Shown here piece after piece: positions 12,709 through 23,868 of a DNA stretch of 64,000 nucleotides. Source of the stretch: Octopus sinensis (Eukaryota); the NCBI RefSeq assembly GCF_006345805.1, contig NC_043010.1, positions 6,572,001 through 6,636,000 of the forward strand, in the 5' to 3' direction. The notes beneath the pieces were generated by a model. It saw only the letters and a list, made by a program, of their open reading frames with translations. It did no database searches and was not told where the DNA came from. The number at the start of each line of letters is the position of its first letter. Within the stretch, counting starts at the first letter, position 1. The translations under genes and the position numbers were made by a program.

Positions 12709-12740
12709 GCAGCATCATCACCATCATCACCATCATCATC
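11885..12740. repeat. About 850-bp (CAT/CAC)n tract, probably an expanded tail of a minus-strand RTE-type element
   Basis: Direct observation; followed by ttaagctctcctttccatgccatgc, resembling the RTE-type 3' terminus. Confidence 0.9.
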
Positions 12741-13077
12741 TTAAGCTCTCCTTTCCATGCCATGCTGATATGGCTTGGATGGGTCATTACAGGTTCAGCT
12801 AAAACGTTTGGATCACACCTCGCTCCAAATTTCACTTTTGGTTTGGTTTCTATATCCTTGGCCAATATGCATACACACACAAACACACACGCACACACAG
12901 ACAAACACATACATATACACATACATATGCACACAAGCATACACACACTGATGCATACATATGCACAGATACAAACACCTATATAATATAGCTTGTGACA
13001 CAGCTCCACACACCTCAAATCTTTTGCTTTTGAAAATCATACAAATGTGAAACCAGTTAAGTGAATTAATATTAATA

Positions 13078-13372
13078 TAAACAAGAGCACTCACAGAGCT
13101 CAAACCTCTGCCAAGGCAACACCAACATCCTCATAACGATTAGCCTGAGATGATTTTTAAAATGAGAATATCTGAAATAAACTCAACTACTCTCGCAAAT
13201 GAGACTACTAAAAATGAACCTGACCGCTCTCAAAGATTAAGTAAAAAAAAAACAGGAAAAAATAATCCAGAATCCTTATCTGATACCGGATCAATCCTAG
13301 AATCTAATCAGTTTGCGCCACTCATGAGACTAAACATCCCTGAAAGTTTCATCTGAATCCATTCAGAGGTTT
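13078..13372 (+). mobile_element. Interspersed repeat, possibly a Helentron/HINE-like non-autonomous element
   Basis: Starts taaacaagagcactcacagagctcaaacctctgccaaggc and contains gaaagtttcatctgaatcc; family recognised from memory only. Confidence 0.35.
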
Positions 13373-13801
13373 ACATAGATGTGTGGCAGGATTAGAGGCA
13401 TCTTGGAAAGGTGTCTTCTACTATAGCCCTGGGCCAACCAAAGCCTTGTTAGTAGATTCGGTAGATGGAAGCTGAACCCTTTGTGTATATACATGTGTGT
13501 GTGTGTGTGTGTATGTTTGTGTCTCCTTGTGCTGACATCATGTGATAGTTGTAAAATGATTGTCGCTGCCTGTGAGCAACACTACAGTGTTGCTCATTTC
13601 TAATATCCTGGAAGAACATTTTTGGCCATGCAGAAATATTACCTGGCTGGGGAACAGGTGAGGATTGGTGACAGGAAGAGTATCCAGCCACAGAAAAATC
13701 TGCCTCAGTAAACTCTGCCTGACCCATGTAAGCATGGAAAAGAGGATGTTAAAATAATGATGATGGTGGTGATGATGATGACGATGATGATGATTAAGAT
13801 G

Positions 13802-13839
<38 letters not shown>

Positions 13840-13861
13840 CACACAAACATATATATATATG

Positions 13862-14050
13862 TATAGTTAATCCAAACATGAAAACACAAAGAGAAAACAC
13901 AACGTGAAGACGTGGAACAAATATAGTATTATTGGATGCTCAGGAAAGAAGGAGGGTTTAACGTTTCGAGCGGAGCTCTTCATTGGAAACATAGGAGAAG
14001 GAAAGATCCAGAGAAGGGAAGACAGAGGAAAAAAAGAGGAAAAAAATACA
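13862..14050 (-). mobile_element. Short (TA)n-adjacent element with a hammerhead-like motif (13956-13990)
   Basis: Minus strand: gttt-CCAATGA-a-gagc-tcc-gctc-GAAAC-GTT-aaac; shares ttcctgagc...taatac with the 45.2-kb elements. Confidence 0.6.
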
Positions 14051-15019
14051 TAGATTGAGATTGGAGCCTGGTGCAGCCATCTAGTTCACCAGCCCGCAGT
14101 CAAAATTGTCCAACCCATGCTAGCATGGAAAGCAGACGTTAAACGATAATGATGATGATGATGATGATGATGATATATATATATATATATATGCGTGTGT
14201 GTACATATACATGCCTACATGCATGCACATACATCTGCATGTATACATACACACACGTGTGCACATACATACCTACAAATATACATAAACATGCACACAT
14301 ACACATGCACACAAGTTTCCCATTATGTCCAATTATTAATCAATTAATTACATCCACAATATTAAAACCTTACATTATTCCGCCAATTCATGCTTTCTGT
14401 GACAATAACTTTAATAAGTGACCTGACTGTGTGAAACAAATATGAAGTGAATGGCTTAAACATGAGTTGGAACTCCAATATTAGACTCTTTTATTAAGAC
14501 AGAGTAAGGAAGACGAGAGAGAGAGAGTGGTGAGTTATGGCTAGTTTATCTGATAGAGACTGGACAATGGATGGTAGCAATAATAGAGAATAACTTAATG
14601 AGAATTTATGGTAAGATGACTGATAATGATTTAATGTATCAGGAAATTTATATTGATGACAGACTTAATGAAAACTTAATGAAAATCTAGCGGACTGCTA
14701 ACGGAAGTTTAAGTATTTGTGTAGATTTTTACTTTACAGGGATTACTTTTATTATTACAGAAATTATTATTGTTGTTGTTGTTGTTAAGGTGGTGAGGTG
14801 GCAGAGTTGTTAGCACACTGTACGAAATGTTTAGTGTCGTTTCTTTCACTTTCACTTTTACATTCTGAGTTCAAATTCTGCAGAGGTTAACTGTGTTTTT
14901 CATCCTTTCAAATTCGATAAGGTAAAATATGAGTTGAGCACTGGGGCCAATATAATTGCCTTTTCTCCTACTGCAAAATTTCAGGTCTTGTGCCCATAGT
15001 TGAAAAAAAAAATATTATT

Positions 15020-15290
15020 AAATTGGTGACTTGTCTCAGATTCATTCTTTTTCCTGGTAGAATTTATGTGGGTAGCAGGTTACTACCTGTAACCTTAGGT
15101 ATCCACAAGCTTTCAATGGTTTTTCAAATGCTTGAAACCCTCCTGATAATCTTCCCAGTCGCTAAGGGGAAAACTTTCTGTAGAAGCTCTAACAGGACAT
15201 TCTCTTTCAATCTCTTTCAACCATTTATCTATATCAAGGGTTCTCATTCGCTGGTTCCAAATCCCCTGAAGGGTCACGAAGCCTTGGTGG
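15020..15290 (-). mobile_element. R4/Dong-like LINE 3' fragment
   Basis: atttatgtgggtagcaggtta is the reverse complement of taacctgctacccacataaat at 38334-38354. Confidence 0.5.
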
Positions 15291-16349
15291 TGGTGGTGGT
15301 GGTGGTGGGGGATTGCATAGCCTTGATTTGGGATAATCTTAATTTTATAAAATGTAAATCAAGCTGCTGACAGTAGGGGCTTGCATGGGTTTCAAGTTTT
15401 TTGGTAAGGGATCACGAGTCCAAAATTTCGGGAACCGTTTGTCTATATCTCTACTTACAGTTCCCAATGAACCAATTATTACAGACACAACCTTTGCAGT
15501 TTTAATTTGCCTTTCATCCTTTCAGGATCGATAAATCAAATACCAACATTTCAGACCTTGTGCTTTAGTAGAAAGGATTATTACTGTTATTGAGTGGGCA
15601 AGCAGCACAGACCATCAAAGTGACATTAAGGTACAAATATATAAAACCCAGTATACCCATCATGACCACCCATGTGATAAAAGTGCACAAACACATGCAT
15701 CACAACCATGTGTGCAACATGATGACCTCAAATCAAGATAAATGGTGCATTACCTTGCAGGTGGGGCCCAGATAGAATTTTCTTCAGGCTGAGTAGCCCA
15801 TCCCACTCAAAAGGTCCCTAAATAAGGGTTATTTAAGGATGATAAACAAAACACCAATGTTTTCCAGGAGACCCTAAAAAGTTCCTCTCAACACACGGCT
15901 ATGATGCTCTCTCACTATTCCTACTTGTGATCAGAGATGCACATATCATCTCCCTCTAAGGGACATGCTCAACTGAATAAGGTCAAGCAACTGACAAGTA
16001 AATCTGTGGTATTGAGCTGAATATTTGCTGTAGCCTATCTGAATTTGGTAGACAGAAACTAAAGGAAACATTTTCAACAACAAACATTCCTTCTGTGTTT
16101 TCTTAAAGATGTAGTAAAAAGAAAATTTGGTTACTATTTCTAGCAGGGCATATGTAAAGATTTCCTCATTGGCTCCCAATATAGTTGTTGTTGTTGTTGT
16201 TGTTTAGACCAGGTTAATCTTTATTGAGAAACCCTAGTTTGAGCCATAGCTATTCCAATATTTTAGAACTATCCAGAACCATTTTATCTGTTAATATATC
16301 CTTCTACTTTTTAGACATTATGGAAAGAGGTTATATGATATATATATAT

Positions 16350-16431
16350 ATATAATAACAATTTAATAAATAAAACATATGCATACATACATACATATAT
16401 GTACATACCTACATCTATATGTATATATACA

Positions 16432-16489
<58 letters not shown>

Positions 16490-16650
16490 TACAGGACACC
16501 ACAAATAAACGTAGAACACAACGAGAAACGAAAACATAAAATCAAACAAGGAAACAGACTTTTTTTAACAACGAAAAAACAGAGTACAAAACAAACAATA
16601 CAAGGAATATTCCCCTTCATCAGCTGCCCCTGTTTCGACTCAATGCGTAT
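16350..16650 (-). mobile_element. Penelope-like terminal-repeat-type element with internal expanded (TA)n; paralogue of 27826-28105
   Basis: The reverse complement aligns with 27826-28105 on both sides of the TA tract; contains ctgatgaaggggaatattcctt. Confidence 0.6.
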
Positions 16651-17303
16651 ATTTAACTGCTATTTCTAGCAGAACGAATGACCACATAAATGCTCCTTTG
16701 TTAACTTGTGACACAGGAGCCCGAGTAGAAAGTAGAACTTGACAAGTGACATCCTATGCCGTACATGAGACATAGTGAAAGTAATATAAGAGACAAGTAA
16801 TAGAAGTTCATAGTAGTGTGAACTTAGATGAGGGAAATGTATTGTATAGTTTGTAGGTTCACAGAGGAAAAGGACTGTTTTAGTAGGAGAGGAGAAAGTA
16901 GAGGGAGAGTAGTGTTTAACACTGTTAGTAGGTTAAGGATGGATGTTTCCTATATTCCCTGTCACCGAAATGGCTTCTTGGACACTGTTTAAAATGTGCA
17001 ATGTTTTAATATGTGCAAAGTACAATGTCACAAATGGGCAGTAGATTAGGGATGATAGGAGACAGGGATAGTGAAACACGGAGAGACAGTGTAAAATAAT
17101 GTAAACTAAAAAAAAAGGAAAAGGGGCTCATGAAAGGAAGAGAAAGTATGGAAAAGGGAGAATAAGAGAGGAAAAAAGGAAGAAAGGGAGCGAGAAAATA
17201 AGTGTGCTGTGATACAGCCAGATAGATAAATATATAAATACATATCTATCTGTCTATCAATCTATCTATCTATCAATCTATCTATCTATCATTCTGTCTC
17301 TCT

Positions 17304-17338
<35 letters not shown>

Positions 17339-17346
17339 TATATATA

Positions 17347-17402
<56 letters not shown>

Positions 17403-17424
17403 TAATATATATATATATTATTAT

Positions 17425-17467
<43 letters not shown>

Positions 17468-17910
17468 TATATATATATAATATATAAATACAGTGTACAT
17501 TTACACACATAAGAGGCATCCATCATGATTTTTGCAGCTTCCTAATGCAACCACTATAAAATGAAAGAAGACTATTATATATATATATATGCATATATAT
17601 TCGTCCATATGTGTATGCCTTTGTGTTTGTCTTCCATCACTGTTTATGATTGATTTGTTCAACTAAACCCATCAAAGCTGTGGCTCCAGCATGGTCACAG
17701 TTCAAAACCTGGAACAGATAAAAACTAAAGGATAAATGATATATACAGGTGGGGGCCATGTGGTAAGAAGTTTGCTTCTAAACAACGTGGTTCCAGGTTC
17801 CAGGTTCAGTCCCACTGCATGGTCCTTTGGGAAAGTAAGTGTCTCCTACTATAGCCTCAGACCAACCAAAGCCTTGTGAGTGGATTTGGCAGACAGAAAC
17901 TGAAAGAAGC

Positions 17911-17954
<44 letters not shown>

Positions 17955-17956
<2 letters not shown>

Positions 17957-18138
17957 GGGAAGGTTTACGAAAATAAACAAAAGACGAAGGCAGGTTTATG
18001 AAAATAAACAAAAGACAAAGGCAGGTGGACTAGAAATAAAACAAGTCTTTTACGTTTCGAGCCTATGCTCTTCGACAGAAAGATACACAGAAAAGAAACA
18101 AGGAGAGAAAAAAATGCGTGTAAGAGCTAACATGGCAT
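17955..18138 (-). mobile_element. Short microsatellite-embedded element with a minimal hammerhead motif (18046-18083)
   Basis: Minus strand: tcttt-CTGTCGA-a-gagc-atag-gctc-GAAAC-GTA-aaaga; 3' end abuts (TA)n. Confidence 0.7.
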
Positions 18139-18814
18139 TCTGATTTTTCCATTGAATTAGATACTTAAATTGAGACACCTGGCAAGGTCGGTATAATTTA
18201 CACACCCAAACAATATTAACTGAATATTGAATATTAAGACTCCATGCAGGTTTGTTTGTACCTGATATTCCGGCCACCGTTTGTGGAGACAATGCAACCC
18301 AGCAAAATGAAGATATCCACTCTTGGTAATTCAGACAGGTACTTTGTATAAAAAGTGCAGATTCTAAGTTAGGTGAATAGAATATAAATGGATAACAATG
18401 ATGTACAGGTGTCAATTCATTATGGCCATTTCAAGCAGCTATTTTAATTGATTAATGAAAACATCACATTATTTGAAAGAAACCATTCACAATCAGATGA
18501 TCACATAGTCTTCAAACATAAAGGATACAACCATTTGACTATTCCGGCAGAGAAAGGTCTTATTATATACGATTATACACAAATGTGTTAAACCGGACAT
18601 TACACGAATATATATCTTTTTATTTTATTTTTTACTTGTTTCAGTCATAAGACTGCAGCCATGCTGGAGCACTGCCTTGAACGATTTTAGTCAATAGCCA
18701 TCTCTACCTTCGCCCCTGCCCCATCAAGCATTCCCTTACTGCTAACCCTACAACCTACCCTTTTGTGTAAAAAGGCTTAGATATATGGTACCAGTACATT
18801 GAGAGTCCAGTAGA

Positions 18815-19180
18815 TTCATCATCATCATCATCGTTTAACGTCCGTTTTCCATGCTAGCATGGGTTGGACGGTTCGACCGGGGTCTGGGAAGCCAGGAGGC
18901 TGCATCAGGCCCAGTCTGATCTGGCAGTGTTTCTACAGCTGGATGCCCTTCCTAAGGCCAACCACTCCATGAGTGTAGTGGGTGCTTTTTACGTGCCACC
19001 CGCACAGGTGCCAGGGGAGGCTGGTAACGGTCACGATCAGTTGGTGCTTTTTACGAGCCACCAGCATGGAAGCCAGTCAAGGTGGTGCTGGCATCGACCA
19101 CGTATGGATGGTGCTTTTTACGTGCCAGGGGAGTCTGGCAACAGCCATGATTGGTTGGTGGTTTTTACATGCCACCAACC
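18815..19180 (-). mobile_element. RTE-3'UTR-derived element with (GAT)n tail
   Basis: catcatcatcgtttaacgtccgttttccatgctagcatgggttggacgg, the reverse complement of 5130-5190. Confidence 0.8.
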
Positions 19181-19654
19181 ACAGACAATAGATTGTCTGA
19201 CATCAATTGATTTATCACCATCTACTAGAATACAGTTGACAACTCCCAATGGATTTAATTCCAAATCGTTGAAGACTACATTCTACTTAAAGTCTTCTAA
19301 ATATAAGAAACAAAGTCACCCCTTTTTTTATCATGACACTATTTCCTCTGCTACTCTCTAAATTATAGTAGGCTTGACATGATATGCCTTATTTTCTAAA
19401 CTCATTCTGCCAAAGAAACAATGTAAATATTTTGAGTTCCATTATTGATGTAAATATGTTTAAAAAATGGTTATATCCTTTATGTTTGAAGTCTATGGTG
19501 GTCATCTGATGAGAACAGTTGCTTTCAAATGATGTAGTGTTTTCATTCATCAATTAAATGAGCCCACTTCAAACAGCTGTAATGAATTGACACCTGTACA
19601 TCTTTGTTACTCATATATACATATATATATTAATGATAAATAATATATATATAT

Positions 19655-19700
<46 letters not shown>

Positions 19701-19707
19701 ATATATA

Positions 19708-19850
19708 TTCTCTACTTTTTTTTCTCTCCTTGTTCCTCTCCTGTTTCTTCTTTGTGAAGAACGTAGGCTCGAAACGTTAAAGACTTTTTCAATTCCTGTG
19801 CCTTATACTAATACATCTGTTTGTTTTCTACACCAGCTGTATTTGTGAAT
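19708..19850 (+). mobile_element. Degenerate copy of the hammerhead-bearing short element, between (TA)n and (CT)n
   Basis: gtgaagaacgtaggctcgaaacgttaaagactttttcaattcctg...tactaatacatctgtttgtttt. Confidence 0.6.
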
Positions 19851-19930
<80 letters not shown>

Positions 19931-21395
19931 GCATATAGGGGTACAGGATGTCACCTACTGTGCAAGCAACATGAAATACATAAACAAATGAATTAAATAC
20001 ATAATCAACGAGAGAATAAAATAGAAAACATGAAAAGTAAACACAGAGAAAGGACCCTTCATCAGTTGTGGGCTGTCTATCAACTCCTCATTTTGAGCAT
20101 TCAATGACAATATGAGTCTTCAAAGACAGTTGCACCCATAAATTCTAAAATATAATTTAGGATTTATGGAGAGTCAAACTTGGAAACATAAACACGACAG
20201 AGGAGACATACAAAGAAACCAAATGAAAACAAACATGGAGGGTCGTTAGACCAGAACGAGAGGAAAATAGTGAATGCCGAGAGAAATATTTTCTTTGAAA
20301 AGAGAAAAGAGAGAAGAGAGAGAGAAAAAATATCTAGTCTTTTGAATGTCTGTGCGGTAAAAGAAAGATGGTCATGTGAGGAAAAGAAAGATGGACGATG
20401 GGCACATGTGAGCAACGAGAGAGAAAAAGAGAAAGAGGGAGGGAGAGATAGAAAACGGTGAAAGAGGGAGGGGGAGAAAAAGGGAATTAGAGAAGGATGG
20501 AGGAAGAAAAGAGTATAAAGTAGGGTTGCATCAAAAAAGGTGAAGATAAACTTATTTGGAAATAGATGTGCACGTGTGAGTCTTTGTGTATGCATTTGTC
20601 CCCACCACCACCACCACCACCACCACCACCACCACCACCACCACCACCACCACCACTAGACAACCAGTATTGGTGTGTTTACATTCAGCAAAAGAGACCG
20701 ATAGATTAAGTACTAGACTTTACAAAACATAACAAGTACTGGGGTCAATTTGTTTGACTAAAATTTCTACAAGGAAGTGCTCCAGCATGGCTGCAGTCTA
20801 ATGATTGAAACAAGTAAAAATAGAAAATAAAAGGATATATATTCATGTAATGTCCTGTTTAACACATTTGTATATAACTGTATATGATAAGAGCTTTCAC
20901 TGCAGGAATAGTCAAATGAGAAAATCCTCTATTTAGATTTGAGTAAATTCACATTTTGCTTTGGGTTGTGAGTGACGTCATTAGATCATAGAATGCACGT
21001 GTTTCTGCATCATTCCCCATCATCAGCTATGAACGCTAATACAGTTACTCACAGCCCAGTGGAAACAGGCGCATAGGATGTCTGCTGGTGTGTGAATGGC
21101 CTGGTCAGGCTAGACTTGAATAATTAATGTTACACATAAGTCATGTGTAACATGTTCAATGATAATTGGCCATCTTGTTATTGTGTGGGAAGACAAACAC
21201 AGACACAATGACATATACACACACACATATTCACATTCAAATACACACAGATGTATCGAATTCATTCACAAGGCATTGGTTGGTCTGAGGCTATAGTAGA
21301 AAACACTTGCCCTAGCTGCTGTGCAGTGAGACTGAACCCAAAATCATGTGGCTGCAAAGTGAGTTTCTTAACCATACAGTCATGCCAGTTGTACC

Positions 21396-21435
<40 letters not shown>

Positions 21436-21438
<3 letters not shown>

Positions 21439-21997
21439 TTTTATTCTTTTACTTGTTTCAGTCATTTGACTGCGGCCATGCTGGAGCACCATCTTTAGTC
21501 GAACAAATTGACCCTAGGACTTATTCTTTGTAAGTCTACCAAATCCACACAAGGCTTTAGTCAGCCTGAGGCTATAGCAGAAGACACTTACCCAAGGTAT
21601 CACACAGTGGAAATGAACCCAGAACCATGTGGTTGGGAAACAAGCTTCTTACCACACAGCCCATCATCATCATTATCATCATCATCACCACAACGCCCAT
21701 CATCATCATCATCATCATGTATGTTAAACTACGAGGATGATGATATAGGTGCAGGAGTGGCTGTGTGGTAAGTAGCTTACTTACCAACCACATGTGTGTG
21801 TATCTTGTTTGTCCCCCCCACCATCACTTGACAACTGATGTTGGTGTGTTTACATCCCTGTAACTAAGTGGTTCAGCAAAAGAGACTGATAGAATAAGTA
21901 CTAGGCTTACAAAGATTAAGTCCTGGGGTCGATTTGTTCAACTAAAAGTTGTGCTCCAGTATGGCCACAGTCAAATGACTGAAACAAATAAAAGAGT
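21436..21997. mobile_element. Two internally deleted SINE A copies in opposite orientation (21436-21660 minus; 21748-21997 plus)
   Basis: SINE A head and tail motifs on opposite strands. Confidence 0.7.
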
Positions 21998-22113
21998 ATA
22001 ACTCCTCTGCACTATGTTTATATTTTTAATTATAAAACGATGATGATGATGATGATGAAATTAAATATTCTTGAATGATGCCAAGTGTTTTGCTTGTTCA
22101 TTATCTGTTAAAA

Positions 22114-22432
22114 TAATGTGGCTTAGTGGTTAGGGTATTTGGCTCACAGTCATAAGGCCATGAGTTCAATTCCTCGTGACACATTGTGCCTTTGAGCAAG
22201 ATACTTAATTTCCCCTTGCTTCTGTCCACTCAGCTGGTGAAAATAAGTTGTACCTGTATTTCAAAGGGCCATCCTTGTTACACTCTGTGTCACACTGAAT
22301 CTCCCTGAGAACTACATTAAGGGTACCTGTATCTGTGGAGTGCTTAGTCACTTACATGTTAATTTTATGAACAGGGTATTTTGTTGATTGGAGCAACTGG
22401 AACCCACATCATCATAATTGACAGAGTGCCAG
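22114..22432 (+). mobile_element. Older tRNA-derived CORE-like SINE (family D)
   Basis: tggcttagtgg (A box), gagttcaattcc (B box), tttgagcaag and gtccactcagctg; related fragments at 49180-49340 and 51520-51680. Confidence 0.65.
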
Positions 22433-22616
22433 TAATGTATATTTACCAGCTCAATGATGAAACACTTCTAGCCACCTTTGATAAGCAATTTCACCACCAC
22501 ATTTTGTAGATCAAGCTGGAGTTTTAGTGGTGAACCAAATTGAGTACTCATAGTACATACCTATTATATTACATCAATGAAAAAAATTTTCTGTATAAAT
22601 GCTACATATATATATA

Positions 22617-22806
22617 GGGAGAGTTTACGAAAAAACAAAAGACAAAGACAGGTGGTGTACAAAACAAACAGATGTATTAGTATAACACTCAGGAATAGAA
22701 AAAGTCTTTTACGTTTCGAGCTTACGCTCTTCTACAGAGAGGGACACAGAAAAAAACAAGGAGAGAAAAATAAGTGTATGCAGTGGCTAACGATCTATCA
22801 TGGCGA
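22617..22806 (-). mobile_element. Short element with a hammerhead-like motif (22705-22741), between (TA)n and (CA)n
   Basis: Minus strand: cgccatgatagatcgttagcc...CTGTAGA-a-gagc-gtaa-gctc-GAAAC-GTA-aaagac; same subfamily as 45847-46010. Confidence 0.7.
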
Positions 22807-22842
<36 letters not shown>

Positions 22843-23711
22843 GTATAGACATGCACACACACATGTGTATTTGAGGAAATGAGAGAGAGAGAGAAAGAGA
22901 AAGAGTTTGGGATTTGAACTAAGGATGTAAAAGACGGCTACTAAATACCGTAAGGCATTTTGTCAGAGTCACTAGAATTCCAGCTCTACTGACACCCACA
23001 CTTGTTAATTTCATATTAATAATAACATTAATGAAAGATTAATATTAATTGTATAATCTCACAAATTAAGTTGGTTTGAATTAAATTATTTTCTCTGCTT
23101 TTATGAATTCACTTAGAATCTTAATTGAACAAACAGTAAATTCCATAAAAAGAGTTAAAAAGAATAAAATAATTAAAGAGGAAAATTCCAATAAATATAT
23201 AGAGTTTGGTTATTTTATATCCTATGTCTTATGTCAAAGAGTAGTTTTCTTCAAATATTTCTGTTACTTCTTATCTTTAACCCAAAACTACTTTTCTTTT
23301 ATTTTTTTCTTAGATTAATTTGCAACATCTATCTCTGTATTCTGAAATAATGATTTACAACAATTGTTTTAGTAGTCTGTAGGTTTTTTTACATTCTTTA
23401 TTTAAAATTTTTTTTAATGAATTTTTCCTTAATTAGAATTTAAGTGGAATATTGATGAAAGCTGAAGATAGATAAAAATTTTGGATTGGACTTTATTTTC
23501 TTGTTTGAAAACTTGATACGAAACAATAAAAGTGAACAGATGTAACAAAATAAATAAATAAATCAATAAATAAACAGCCATTTTAAGACTAAAAGCATTG
23601 CAAATATTCTCACAGGGAGTGTTTATGCAGTGCCTTGACCTGCTAGAAATAACAGTCAAATCTTTTTTAATTGCATCCTTCCATATTAGAAAAAAAAGGA
23701 AAGATAAATTA

Positions 23712-23868
23712 GTAAATTCCGCCGAGGTCGACTTTGCCTTTCATCTTTTCGGGGTCAATAAATTAAGTACAAGTTACGCACTGGAGTTGATGTAAATGAC
23801 TTAATCCCTTTGTCTGTCCTTGTTTGTCCCCTCTGTGTTTAGCCCCTTGTGGGCAATAAAGAAATAAG
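23712..23868 (+). mobile_element. 5'-truncated SINE family B
   Basis: aaattccgccgaggtcgactttgcctttcatc...gggcaataaagaaataag. Confidence 0.85.

Noticed and set aside
11808-13018. Poly-His, Ser and Ile ORFs up to 392 aa
   Set aside because: Trinucleotide microsatellite artefacts.
16600-16650. CUGAUGA/CUGAAGA plus stem (also 27868-27892 and 20050-20070)
   Set aside because: No GAAA after stem II and no NUH/stem I, so at best half-motifs, not hammerheads.
20985-21032. Minus-strand catag-CTGATGA...GAAAC-acgt hammerhead-like string, plus CRE (tgacgtca) and E-box
   Set aside because: Stem II and the cleavage triplet do not fit; single TF motifs are expected by chance.
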